A stretch of 64,000 nucleotides of DNA, taken from positions 387,562,001-387,626,000 of the forward strand of contig OZ024740.1 in assembly GCA_964016885.1 (NCBI GenBank), written 5' to 3'. Both the position numbers and the translations under genes were made by a program. Shown here one piece after another: positions 25,652 to 44,275 of this stretch. Position 1 is the stretch's first letter; each line of letters opens with the position of its first letter. This DNA is from Eledone cirrhosa. Lineage: Eukaryota. The notes beneath the pieces are model-generated. The model was not told the DNA's origin. It searched no databases and saw only the letters and a program-made list of their open reading frames with translations.

Positions 25652-27691
25652 GGTATTTACATAGCCCATAGTTTACAGTGTGAGTTTAGTTCGCGGTGGA
25701 ATCTACAGAGACGACGCCCTTCTCCTAGTTAAGAACCTAAATAACCAGAGCACAGAAAGACTCCGTAAGAATATTAGAAAGACTCTCGGGAAACTAGGCC
25801 TTAGCATAACGTATGAGTATAGCACTAAAACAGTTAACTTTCTAGACGCGACGCTTAACTTAAATACGGGACTTATAAGACCTTTCCACAAGATTAATGA
25901 AAACTTAGCATACATCAACTGTAACTCAAACCACCCACTATCCATAATTAAATCCATTCCACGCAGCATATCCCTTAGGATCTCCCGCCTCTCGTCTAAC
26001 CGAAAAATCTTAGAGGAACATGCAGAATACTACAATACCGCACTAGACAAGGCAGGCGACTTAGATAGAGTAGAATATATAGATGAAAGCCTCCGCAAAG
26101 CGCACACGAATACGCATAACTCCAGAAACACACGCACACACGCATTTACGCATAGAACTACAAATTATACGGTAAATAGAAATACAACATCGAAATCAAA
26201 CAAGTCACGCAGTAGAAAATATATTTGGTATAACCCCATATTTAACACCTCTATTAGTACTAACCTACCCTCTACCTTCTTTAGAATAATAAATAAGCAC
26301 TTTCCAGATTCACATAGATACAGCAAAATCCTTAACATTAAATCTATTAGACTATCTTACTCCACGGCACCAAATATAGAAGCACACATTAAGATGCTTA
26401 ACGCTAAAAAGATACATAACAACACCAGAACACAAATTCATAACAATAACAATACAATCACCATTGAACACAACAGAATATCTAATACACAACCACCCAC
26501 TAATAGGCAAACAAAACGTAACACACTTGTACAGGCATCGCAGCCCACCAACAATGCAAAAGTTGCCCATGACAAGAATTGTAACTGCCACCTACCTGAA
26601 ACCTATCCATTACATAATGATTGTATGCAGTCTAACCTGGTTTACCAATGCACAGTGGAATAAGACAACCAGAAATGGTATTACATCGGAGCGACTGGGA
26701 ATACATTTAAAGCCCGTTGGTATACACACCGTTACGCAATGAAACATTCCCAGCACCGTTATGTAACTACCCTTGCAAATAAGACTTGGCAACTGAGGGA
26801 AAGTAACCCTCAATACACCCTGAAGTGGAAAAAATTATCGAACGCGCCACCATATCGGAGTGGTATGAGAAGCCGTCGATTATGTGACCTTGAGCTGTTC
26901 CACATTTTGAGTTCGAAGAATAAGTTACTCAACAATAAAATCGAAAGATCAATTTATTGTAACTCAAAGAAAAGTTTTCGCACTACAAGTGCAAATCGAA
27001 CCCTTAACCTCTTACTACCAACTGACAAACTGCATATACTTAGACTTTATACCCTTTAATTACCCTCAAAAACCAATACCTCTATCCCTCCCTTCTCCTT
27101 CATTCCTCTTCTATTTCTTTTCGTTTCTTCCCTCCCCTTTTTGGCTATCTTTTCTTTTCTTCTTTCTCCCCCCTTCTTTACTTTTATTTTTATCATTATT
27201 ATTTTTATCTTTATTTTTTATATATATATTTGTCTCTTTATATCTCCCCTCCCCCTCTCTCTCCATCCCTCCCACTATGATCAATTTAATTCTCTTTAAC
27301 TTACTACAATCGACGACACGAAGTCAACGTATCAAAACTGATCAAGGAATCCTTCCACCTCTACCCCTCCCTCCATCTCAGTTTGTCACTCTACTTCCTA
27401 ACTCTTCTCCCCCTTCCTCTCTCTCTATACTATTCCGTTTGTCTCCTCACTTTCTAATCCCTCTTCCTCTCTCTCTATACTAGTAAATACATTCCCCCAA
27501 AAATCTTTTTCTCTATATATTAAGAAATATTTCAAGAGTAACTTACTCACTATTTTGAAAATTTGGACGTGAACAACAATTATAATTGAGTGGCTGCTAT
27601 TTGCAGTATAGCAATATAAGGTTGCACTTACCAATGAAACGGTCGTAAATACCTGGATAAAATCCTTCTCTTAATGCTTACCTGTGTCTTC

Positions 27692-27697
<6 letters not shown>
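25648..27697 (+). mobile_element. Penelope-like element (YRDD type), 5'-truncated, degenerate
   Basis: GGIYRDDALL, VNFLDATL, SNHP, YIWYNP, CNC..PL...C..SNLVYQC, WYYIGAT. Pyrimidine-rich UTR and a decayed HHR (gaaa-cggtcg-ta) near 27640. (TA)n on both sides. Confidence 0.85.
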
Positions 27698-27770
<73 letters not shown>

Positions 27771-28320
27771 ATATTTATAATATATATATATTTATAATAT
27801 TCCCATTCTACAAATTACACAGCCCAAGTGAAATCAAAGAGAAAAATCAAAGAAAATAATTTTATTGATAAATTCAAACCCAAGCTAAATGAACAATAAT
27901 AATGGGGTATTAATCCTACTATGACTATGACTACGGCCACTAACAACAACAACAACAATAATAATAATAATGATTTTATTTATTAGCCACAAGGGCCGAC
28001 ATGTAGGGGACAATACAAAGACAGGGACAGTAGGGGTTTACAATAAAGTCGAGTAAAAATAATAATAAAAGTGATGTTGATGGTGATGATTACTAGAAAA
28101 TGCTATTTTCATCATTTCTAAAAATAGCAAAATAATTGATGCTTTGGATAGGGTCAATTAGTAGTCGTTAGACATGCTCAACCAACCGTGACGCCTAAAC
28201 CAATCAGCTTTAGTAATCCAGTGAAACTACACACCGATTGGTCGAAATACAGTTTGCAAGATTTAGCATTCTGGAGGCACTTTTCACTGTATATAAGGCA
28301 CAAAATTTACCCATCTCATT

Positions 28321-28550
28321 ACAGTTGAAAATTGTAAACTTGACTGTCACCACACAATATGAACCTGAAGATTGTGAAAGCATGAAAGTACATGTTCAAT
28401 TAACACTTAACATTTAATATTCTACCATACTATTTCATTCTAATACCATTATAAATTTTAAAGGATTGTAAATAAAACGAGTAAATCAAACAAAGTTGGA
28501 ATTCCTTTTATTAATATAATCTTCTATACGCACTCATACACACCCGTGTA
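28321..28550 (+). mobile_element. pLTR-like terminus with hammerhead (family of 61860-62290)
   Basis: Matches 62095-62290. tgaac-CTGAAGA-...-GAAA-gtac-at-gttca at about 28360-28398, with a mutated cleavage position. Confidence 0.65.
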
Positions 28551-28554
28551 TATT

Positions 28555-28590
<36 letters not shown>

Positions 28591-28641
28591 GTCTCTCACT
28601 CTCTCTCTCTCTCCCTCTCTCTCTCTCGTCTCTCTCTCTCT

Positions 28642-28747
<106 letters not shown>

Positions 28748-28798
28748 AAAATGAATAAGTCAAATGTTTAAAATTTAGCTTCGTTTATATATATATAT

Positions 28799-32547
<3,749 letters not shown>

Positions 32548-32976
32548 CCGTGTGTGAATAATATTCTTAAGGTCAACTTTTTCCCAACGACAGCCACTTC
32601 TAGGACTTGTCACTAATTCAGTTCTCAACCAAATTTGATCAGTTTTTTGCACTAGAATGGACTCATCCAAGGCTACATTTTCGTATAAGGAAATTGAAAT
32701 TTGGGTTAGAAGAAAAAAAGTTACCCTAAAATATGTGTGGTCAAGTAGTGGGGGATAAGGCCCCTCATTGACTTTGACTCATCAGAACTTTTTAAATGTC
32801 GAATATAATTTCATGCTACCTCCCTCACTAGATAGAACTCGATAAGGTGAATCGAAATTTGTCAATATTGAAATTTGTCAATATTGAGTTGTGTGACTTT
32901 CAGTGACGAAATCAGATGAAGAGTAACGCTAAGGGACATAACTCTAGTATAAATCCATCGTAGCTGTACTAATTAG

Positions 32977-35245
32977 TTTCCCTTAATTATAGTTATTCAC
33001 AAAAGGCTTGATGAAATTTTTGGAGATCCCCCCAAAATGGCATATCCTTTTGGAAAAATGAATCTTCTTTTGTTTGGTGATTTGATGCAATTGCCACCTG
33101 TAAATGGAAAACCAGTATTTTCTAGAATTTCATCATATGAGGCCAAAAGAACAGAAATTGGCATTAGTGGGCATTCATTGTGGAAATACTTTCAATATGA
33201 TGAGCTAACCATTACTATGAGACAAAAAGAAGACAAAGACAACTATGTTGATATTTTGGGAAGAATTAGGATTGGTTCCCCATCAGACTCAGATATTAGC
33301 ATTCTTCAAAAAAGATGCCTATTTCCTGATAGAAAAGCATCTGTTGAAGAAATTGCTAAAAAATTGATTGAATTGTATTCTATTCCTGAATTAAAATTTG
33401 AATGCATTTTACCTTTGAATGAAGCTGTTGATAAGTTGAATAATGAAATGATTAAAATATGCAACATAAATACAATGAAACTTGCTGCAAAAGATTCTGG
33501 TATGAGACAAGTAAATGGAAGAAAAAAGAAAAATGTTGAAAAAGGCAAAAACAAGAAAACTTGTGATACTGCTGGACTAGAAACTTTGCTAAATGTTGGA
33601 ATTGGAGCAAGAGTGATGTTGAAACGAAACATTGATGTAGATCAAGGCTTATGCAATGGTGTTATTGGAACAGTTATTGAATTAATTGGGAATGGAAGCA
33701 ATGTTGACAAAATTTTGGTGTCTTTTGATACCAAAAAGGACAAACCCATTGGAAGAGTTCAAGCAGACTATGAAATTTCTCCTGGTGTTTTTATCACCAG
33801 AACACAATTTCCATTGTCTCTGGCTTACTCTATAACAATTCACAAATCACAAGGAATTTCTGTGGATGGAATAATTGCTGATTTAGGAAATCAGATATTT
33901 TCTGATGGTCAAGCTTATATGGCTCTTTCAAGAGCCAGAAAACTTTGCAATGTGTATCTCTGTGACTTTGATCCAAGATCATTGATAATGGTTGACAAAT
34001 CTGCATGGGAAGAGTACAACAAACTACGGGCTAGTACTGGAAGAGCAGATTTGCCTCCATTGCCACCTTGCAGGAAAAAGCATCCTTGCATGGCAAATGC
34101 TTCTAGAACTAAAAGACTTAATTTGGAAGAAAATTCAAACCAACCTGCCAAAAAGAAGAAAAGAAATGAAAACACCCAAACTTTAATCCCTAAACATCAA
34201 TTGATCAACCAAAGAAATGCTTGTTTTGCAAATCCAGTTGTGCAATCACTGAATCAAATGCCTGAATTTGTAGAGTATTTGCATAATTTTAACAACATGA
34301 ATGGAGTACATCAAGAATTAAGCAATATCATTTTTAATAATCATAATAATGTCTCTAACTTAAGAAGAACAATTGGAGGAAGATTTCATGATGGAAATCA
34401 GCAATGTGCTCATGAATTTTGGAAAGAACTCTCTCTACATTTGGACTTGGTATTTAGAGAAAAACTTCAATTTATTCAAACTGATATTACTAGATGCATC
34501 CGATTGCATCAAACAAATTGCCAAGCTTTAAATAACAATGTTTGCAATTGTAATTCAAGACCTGGATGTGGTATAGAATCTGAACTTCCATTTCAAATAA
34601 AAGAGGATTTGATATTAAATCCTATAATGGCACACAACAATTTAAATCTCTACTTTCAACAACAACTACTTTGACTAAATACTGTGATACTTGTTCTGAA
34701 AATACTGAGCATCAAATAACTTCAAGAATTGAATTTACTAACGATTTCAAATATCTTGTCATCTCAATTAGTAGATTTTTGATTAATAATTGTTTCTACT
34801 TTAGGCACAAGGCCAGCAATTACCCAGTGCATTACTGGTACTTTATTTTATCGACCCCGTAAGGATGAAAGGCAAAGTCAACCTCGGCGGGATTTGAACT
34901 CAGATCGTAAAGGGACGTAACTATGCTGGAAAGCATGGCGTCCGACCCTCTACCGATACTGCCAATCCACCGCCATTTTTGATTAATAATGAAGGAGAAC
35001 AAAGAATTAATTGTGATATTATGAATTTTAGCTAAAAAAAGCAGCAAATATATGGCACACATTTCACATTAAAAGCTGCTATTCTTCATGAAGGAGTATC
35101 ATCTACGACAGGCCATTATACTTGTCTGGTAAAAAGTGGTGCTGAAAATTGGGATGAAATTAGTGACAACATTATCAAAAAAAGGCACAATAAATTTCCT
35201 CCTAAGTTATCTAATGTGGTTGTATTGTTTATGGAAAAAATTTAG
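32977..35245 (+). pseudogene. Helitron/Helentron-like PIF1 helicase (C-terminal half) fused to a USP/peptidase C19 domain
   Basis: IHKRLDEIFG..PFGKMNLLLFGDLMQLPPV, ELTITMRQ, GARVMLKRNID..GLCNG, RTQFPLSLAYSITIHKSQG, GQAYMALSRAR. Then a USP Cys box LINQRNACFANPVVQSL, QQCAHEF and, after removing the SINE, a His box AAILHEGVSSTTGHYTC...WDEISD. Lesions: frameshift near 34670, SINE insertion, one TAA. Confidence 0.8.
34791..34974 (-). mobile_element. tRNA-derived SINE inserted in the USP domain
   Basis: Reverse complement of the 8843 SINE. 16-bp TSD atttttgattaataat at 34775-34790 and 34975-34990. Confidence 0.9.
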
Positions 35246-35254
35246 ATTTTTGAT

Positions 35255-35505
35255 TTTGGACTATTGATCTTGGACTACCAACTTATAATTAGGACTACTG
35301 TTAATTCTGGACTACTTCATTTTGTTTTGGACTACTTGCTGATTACTTTGGACTAAATGCTGATTCTGGATTACTTAATTTTATTTTTGACTACTTGCTG
35401 CTTATTTTGAACTAAATGCTGATTTTCGACTACATAATTTTATTTTGGACTAAATGCTAATTCTGGACTACTTAATTTTATTTTGAACTAACTGCTAATT
35501 ATGGA
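35255..35505 (+). repeat. degenerate ~20-bp minisatellite (ttttggactac...) downstream of the helicase-USP ORF
   Basis: Repeated ttggacta/ttgacta/ctggacta cores. Confidence 0.6.
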
Positions 35506-35910
35506 CAAATTATTGTTGAATTTGAGCTCACTGTTTATTGGCATTTTATTTATTTACTACTTAATTTTATTTATTTTTGACTCAGTTATTTTAATTGCTT
35601 GTTTTTCTAGCATCTTTAATAACTTCACTTGTTAAGTTAAACTCTAAATTGATCATTAGAGTATAGTCAATTATAGCTTTGTCTCTATGGGCACACCTGA
35701 AGGCTTGTAGTAAGGGTGTTCAGCAAAGGCAAATGTCTCTATTGATTATATTCTACAAAATACCTTTTCAATTTTAATATTTTGGATTTTATAGAAATAT
35801 TGAAATGTAAAATTAATTTTTATTGATGAAAAAAGGATTGTAAATGCCTTAGCAAATGGTCAAGGTAATTTAAATAAAATAATTTGCTGCAATGCCTTAA
35901 AAAAAGGGGA

Positions 35911-36894
35911 CTAGACCGAAAAATGCGGGCGCATGTGTATTAATATTCTTAAATAATAATAAAGCTGGAAAAGTACAGGACAAGTAGAATTAACTCTCAA
36001 AATATTGAAGCTGGAATTTGAATTTGATGAATTAAATGTACAATAATAAGCCTATGACATCACACTTAATCACAAGGAGGTGAAGGTTGTTAAGATGGCA
36101 TGGAACAGGACGTTTCGGTGCAGGCATTTCTGTGCCAGCGTTTCGGCACTGGAATGTGGAATGGTCATTCCTAACTCTTTCATGGATAGATTTAGAATAA
36201 CACAAGAATGACCTAAAGACAACCAAGATAATTTTTTACTTTAATTATTAATTAAATAATTAGAAACGATCTAGAAATCACCTTGATTCATTAGGAATGG
36301 CCTAGTTAATCTTTGGTGCTAATCTCTAAAAGATAGTCTCTGCTTTCCTCATAAGAAAGGAACAGTAATCCAGATTATCAATCAGAATGATATCGCACTT
36401 CATCACTAAATTTTCTTTTTGAAATACAGTTGACTATCTCTAATTGTCACTCAAAGGAACTGTAAAAATGACTGACAATTAGAGAGAGTCACAAAAAATA
36501 AAAGTTGGGCCAAAAATGGCGCTGACAATTAGGGAGAGTCAACTGTAATTCGATCTTGACAAATTTTGGCTTAACTTTTTTAAAAATGAAATTAAATTAA
36601 TAATTTTAATATGATGACAATTTATGCAAAATTTAGCTCATTATGTACAAAAGATTGATGACATTAATTGCATTTGGTTGGCAAAATAGTGATTGCTGAC
36701 TTAGGCAAACTGATGACTTAATATCTAATAAATCCCCTAATTCATTATTATTTCTTATTATCTCTTGGCATTGCTAATTTTACTGTACATTGAATTCATC
36801 AAATTCAAGAGTTAATTCTACTTGTCCTGTACTTTTCCAGGTTTATTATTATTTAAGAATATTAATACACATGCGCCCGCATTTTTCGGTCTAG
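35911..36894. mobile_element. element bounded by ~110-bp inverted ends, each terminating in a GC hairpin plus CTAG
   Basis: ctagaccgaaaaatgcgggcgcatgtg... at 35911 and ...cacatgcgcccgcatttttcggtctag at 36894. Confidence 0.7.
36427..36545. mobile_element. Tc1/mariner/pogo-type MITE
   Basis: TA|cagttgactatctctaattgtca ... tgacaattagggagagtcaactg|TA, i.e. CAGT termini with a TA TSD. Confidence 0.75.
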
Positions 36895-37337
36895 TATATA
36901 TATATGTGTGTGTTTATGTATGTAAAAGGTAAACAGAAATAACAACACGAATGATACAGTATATGGAAGGAATATATTAGTTTAACGCTTGAAATAGCAG
37001 GGAGAAGGTTTTAATGTTTCGGACGCTAGTCTTTCACCAGAAGAAAGAATGAAAAATTAAAAAGATTGAAGAGACGGACAGACGGAATTGGAAAAACATG
37101 TTTATATTTTTATATATATATATATGTAAAAGGTAAACAGAAATAACAATACGATCGGTACAGTATATGGAAGGTATATATTAGGTTAACGCTTGAATAT
37201 ATATATATATATATAATACAAGGACGATTAGTTAAGCCTTCATTACGTTTATTGATTGGTGATGCGTGTTTCGCTATTCTATTGATCAGCGAATATACAC
37301 CTATTAAAATGTAGTCGTCCCAGTGAGGATGACTAAA

Positions 37338-37545
37338 ATTGTTCCTACTATAGGCACAAGGCCAGTAATTTTTTTTTGGCGAGGTGGGAGGAGGAGGAAA
37401 GTCGATTAAATTGACTCCAATGCATTATTGGTACTTTATTTTATTGACCTCATAATGACGAAAGGCAAAGCTAAACTCGGCGCGATTTGAAATCAGAACG
37501 TAAAGAGTCGTAACTCTGGGCCACAAAGCATGGTGTCCGACGCTT
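37338..37545 (-). mobile_element. diverged SINE copy
   Basis: ggcacaaggccag...ggtactttattttattgacc...aaaggcaaag...gatttgaaatcag is homologous to the 8843 family. Confidence 0.7.
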
Positions 37546-37750
37546 CAATTACAAGAATTTATAGTTGACAAAATTGGGTAAAATATCATTAGAGAGGGCA
37601 AAAGTTGGACAAAGGCATCTCTGTCCAGCTTTTTTTCTAACTGCAGTTATAATTTACTCGATTTTCTCTTATAAATTTAATCTATTATTATAGTCCTCTG
37701 TGTTGGAACGACTACAATACTTCTTAAACTACTGGTTGTTGGTATATAAA

Positions 37751-37788
<38 letters not shown>

Positions 37789-37928
37789 TGTGTCACACAC
37801 GGACACACATAAACACACACACGCACACACATACATATATATATATTGTGTCACACACGGACACACATAAACGCACACACACACACACGCGCGCAGACAC
37901 ACACGCGCGCAGACACACACGCGCGCAG

Positions 37929-37961
<33 letters not shown>

Positions 37962-38414
37962 AATAAGAGAGTGAGAGAGAGAGGGAAGAAAGAGAGGGAG
38001 CAATATTAGTTTGTGTGCACGTGTATGCATGTGTCTGAATATGTGTGTCGTATGTAATTGATACTTAAACAATTCTACACTTTTAAGTTATAGCTAATTA
38101 CTTCGCATATCCTGGGGTTGCACTAAATCATAAATTCAGAAGTATTCTAATGTCACAGTCAACCATTTTAAAAGCAAATGAGTATGAACTATCTGTTGTT
38201 ACTTAAGTAGCTGCAAAATTATTTGCTATTCTCATGGGACACATATGAAGACTAGATTGCTAAACGTACACAATAAAATACGTTTATATTTGTTATTTCA
38301 CTACTTGAATTCATTGAGAGTTTAGTTGATAGAATCGATAGCACGACAGAAAGCCAGAAGTGTCCGACTCTCGTAGTGCTGTTTATTATTTTATTTTATT
38401 TCCTCAAAAATCTT

Positions 38415-38600
38415 TAGAACGTTGGACAAGATACCTTGTGGTGCTTCGTCTGGCTCCTTTTATATTGAGATTAAATTCTTCTGATGTCAACTTCAATCAT
38501 CCTTTCACGATCGATAAATAAAGTACCACCCTCCAGCACTCAAATGGTGTATACGTTATATATGTTAAAGTGCCAGGCCTTGCTCTAGAAGTGTTCAATG
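38415..38600 (+). mobile_element. old SINE copy
   Basis: catcctttcacgatcgataaataaagtacca...ggccttg is homologous to the SINE 3' half. Confidence 0.5.
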
Positions 38601-38662
38601 CACTACAATATAAACACAAATAGTGTTGCTGGTATCAAACAACATCTGTTCCAGCTCCCACA

Positions 38663-38733
<71 letters not shown>

Positions 38734-38741
38734 CCTCCCTC

Positions 38742-38820
<79 letters not shown>

Positions 38821-39289
38821 GGATATACACAACCTTAAGCAACATAAATATAAGGAGCCTGACCGAAAAAACAGTCTATGAATTAAAAATTAAATAAGTC
38901 AGACCACTTCAATAGATTGAGATGGTCATCATTATCAGATTGTTCGATTGTTCTAGCAGTTTCTGAAAGGAGAATAAATCAAAACATATCAATAGATCGA
39001 TATGGTCATCATTACCACTACCTAATTCGTCATCAGAGGGTATTCTGTATAGTATAAGAATAAAAAAAAAATAGATACCATCCTGCATGGTACGATCAAA
39101 TTGAATAATAATAATAACTCACGCATGCGTGAACCTAAATATATATATATAAGCAAAGGCATATTTAATTTGTTGGTAATTCAACATATATATATATATT
39201 TATAACAGATTCGAAGCACTCGACAGGTTTTCTGGAGTATAATATCAATGATATTAATAAATGGAAACTATATTTATAAAACCATATTT

Positions 39290-40620
39290 ATTCTATTATA
39301 TATATTTCAAGGGTACCAAAACTTTGGTACGCTCTCAGATAAAATACAAAGTTTGTTTTATAAATATTGACATATCCAGAAATGAGACCTTAAGGGTTCA
39401 AGTTTTACCTGGGTAGTAAAAGGAAAAAGGGGAAGAGAGGAAAAAACAAATATTTCAAATTATTTAGATGAATATGCAAATGAGGTTGAGGCGTAGGGTT
39501 GAAAAAAAAACGTTATTTTTAGACGCTAGGTAGATTTAAATAATTATTAGGATATATATAGGAAGAAGAAAGAGAAAGAAGGAAAAGCTTGTATTTATAT
39601 TACTATAATGTACGTGAATTTAAAAAGATTGGAACCTTAAGAAATAGCAGTTTGTTGGAGTGGAGGAATATGATTCCAGAATTTAAAAAAATATTTAGCT
39701 AAATTATGAGTTATAATATTATATATATAATCAATTAGATTATATGAAGAATTATGGTTGTAAGTACATTTTATCTTATTATATTGCAACAGGTTGTAAG
39801 TATATAAATATCTTTATAGATTAATAAGTGTATAAATATAAATATTATTGGTGACTATATAGATATAAAACACACGTATTAATTTGTTTACATTTCTAAT
39901 ATGAGTTACGAAGGATGTTGATTTTACATTTTACATATATATTTAAGAAAAAGACGTAGTTCAAATTATAAGAGAAGAACAATTTGTAGATTCAAATATT
40001 TTCATCCAACATTGAAAATATTTACAGAAGATTATTAATTTAGCGAAATTACATAATTTATCATACAAGTTATTATGTCCATGTTTCCTCAATTGTAAAG
40101 GAAAAGACAACTCCAATATTATTTGTTAAACCATTAAAATTAGATTTGATGAATAATTTTCTTAGAAAATGCGGAAAGTATGTAGAGAAAATTATATATT
40201 ATTTTGTGTGAGATTATAAGGTATTTTATATTACATGTTTTCAAGGATGAGAATTTCAATTATATATTATCTACGTCGAAAGATGTGTGAAAAGTTTGAA
40301 GATTAAAGAGAGGAAAATGTATTATTAGATATGTCGAGAGTGCATTTAGAAGAACTATCGTAAAGAGGATATCTTTCAGAATATCAATTAAAAAGTATCA
40401 ATCTAAAAAATATATAAATCTAAAAAATAGATTAAGAAGAGTATCATTAAGAAAAGAATATCAATTGGTAAAAATACTAAATTTAAGAAGGAAAAGATCA
40501 ATCAAAACATTTTTTAAATAAAAAAAAAACCTCAGTAAACAACAGAATCATTTTAAAGATGTATAAGATGTAGTCAAGTGTAATGAATATTATAGATTAA
40601 AAATACTTCGGAAGGTGGAT
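39290..40620 (-). mobile_element. possible highly decayed AT-rich PLE remnant
   Basis: HHR-like motif on the minus strand at about 39290-39345 (ttttat-CTGAGA-gtaccaaa/tttggtac-GAAA-tatata-TA-atagaa). No intact ORF. Confidence 0.3.
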
Positions 40621-40971
40621 ATTTGATATATATTTATGTATGCAGAGTGGCGGACTGGGTCTAAAAATGCTGGTTGCCAGGAGATGAAGGGGGCCCACCT
40701 AAATATAGAATGCTATCTTTTAATTTTTATAATGAATAAATAACATTTTCGAAAAATACACAAGTGGAAACAAAACAGTGCAATCAAATTTTTGCGCAAA
40801 AATATCTTACCTTCTTCAATAAAAAAATATGTATTTTGCAAAATCCAGAGACTGTCAATAATGACCTTTGGTCTTTCACACTCACTCAATATATATATAT
40901 ATAGTAAATAAAACCAATTTTGTACAGCCAGCTATGTTATTCTTCACTCTTTCACTACTATATATATATAC

Positions 40972-41417
40972 AATGACCAGAAGTCGACCCCAAATATTAC
41001 TAATAGCTCTAGGAAATCAATGAACGACACCACATCTTTTTAACTTTGATTCTGAAAGTAGGTTTATAATTATCAATTTTCATTCTACTATTGTAGCTGT
41101 CTCGCTGGCCTAGCTGGAGGAATCATAGACGGTGGTGATCCTGGTTGGGAGTAGGCTTCCCGGTAAACCTTTTCAGTTTTTTTCTATTGGTTATAAAATG
41201 AAAACTGAAAAAGGTTACATGTACCTCTTGACTAGGATTGAACCTAAGGCCAGCATCTCCAACGTCTCTAGTACCTACCGCTAGGCCACAGAGACAAATA
41301 CGAAAATCGTATGAAAATTCATACTTATAAACCTACTTTCAAAACAAAGTGTTGTGGTGTCATTCATGTCTTTCTTAATGTTATTGCTCCTACTTAAGGT
41401 CGACTTCTAAATCATTT
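40972..41417. mobile_element. foldback element with two convergent tRNA-like heads
   Basis: Imperfect inverted arms (agaagtcgacc/ggtcgacttct; gaaagtaggtttataa/ttataaacctactttc). Minus strand 41295-41222 has A box tggcctagcgg and B box ggttcaatcc followed by a T-run. The plus strand 41099-41165 is a decayed mirror. Confidence 0.55.
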
Positions 41418-41839
41418 GGGTGTTCCATAAACTACATCTTCGTTTTGTTTCACATCTATCTAGACAATATATTAACCTGTAATCCTTGTTTCATTTTGTT
41501 CCACCTCATTTCTCCCCCCTCTCTTTCTCTCTGTGATATTTGAGTCTACTATGATTTGGGCTTACCTTATTCCTATATTTGTTTTTGCATGTAAGTTAGA
41601 TTCAAACTTACAATGATTGACATTATATATATATATATATATATACACAGTGGCGGACTAGGTCTAAAACTAAAAATATTGATTGCCAGATGAAGGGGGC
41701 CCACCTACATATAGAATGCTATCATTTAATTTTTATAATGAATAAATAACATTTTCAAAAAATACATAAGTGGAAACAAAACAGTGCAATCCAATTTTTG
41801 TGGAAAAATATCTTACCTTCTCCCCCCCCAAATATTATG

Positions 41840-41955
<116 letters not shown>

Positions 41956-42146
41956 TGACGAGAAGTCGACCCTAAATACTACTAATAACTCTAGGAAATC
42001 CACACACACACACATATATATATATATATACCACCTTCATCACTAATTGATTTGACAGATGTCTTTAATTCATTGATACCAAATATCATTAGGTGAGTAG
42101 TTCGTGTGTAAGTATATATATATATATATAAATATATATATATATA

Positions 42147-42180
<34 letters not shown>

Positions 42181-42182
42181 CG

Positions 42183-42228
<46 letters not shown>

Positions 42229-42250
42229 GAAATATATATATATATATACG

Positions 42251-43777
<1,527 letters not shown>

Positions 43778-43795
43778 TTTCGTATCTTATAATAA

Positions 43796-44240
43796 AAAAG
43801 AAATAGGATTTCGCTTCAAGCATAGCTTTATACAATATGTATAAATATTTCGTATCGCCAAGGAAATACGGTTTTAGGAAGCCGTAGCTATGCAAACACC
43901 GAGGGGATAACGCCCTCTGGTGATAAGTTGAGCCAACTTATGCAGCTTCATATGCAAATGAGATTAATCACCTCATTTACACAGACGAGAAAAGTATATT
44001 TTCTCGGCTGTCTTCTAGTCCAGCAGTCGCAAGCAGTGGGAGGGACCGTCCTGACGAAGGCCAGTTAAGCCTGAAATGCATAGACGGTTATCCCCCTTGC
44101 TTCTGCTGGACATCACCAGAGGGCGTTAGACCCCCGGTGTTTGCATAGCTACGGCTTCCTAAAACCGTATTTCCTTGGAGATACTAAATATTTATACATA
44201 TTGTATAAAGCTATGCTTGAAGCGAAATCCTATTTCTTTT
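43796..44240. mobile_element. 445-bp non-coding element with ~130-bp inverted arms and a central hammerhead
   Basis: 43796-43924 is the inverse of 44112-44240. HHR at 44045-44088. A diverged relative lies on the minus strand at about 51900-52165. Confidence 0.8.
44045..44088 (+). ncRNA. type I hammerhead ribozyme (canonical)
   Basis: accgtc-CTGACGA-aggc cagttaa gcct-GAAA-tgca-TA-gacggt: perfect 6-bp stem I, 4-bp stem II and palindromic stem III. Confidence 0.85.
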
Positions 44241-44275
44241 ATATATATATATATATATAGTTTTAATATAGATGA

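Noticed and set aside
33037-34674. Host PIF1 gene
   Set aside because: It is intronless over 2 kb, lacks the Walker A/B half, is fused to a USP domain, is disrupted, and lies among transposons.
37005-37045. Further hammerhead-like traces (also near 28920, 50340, 53255 and 63140)
   Set aside because: Core nucleotides or stems are too decayed to call individually.
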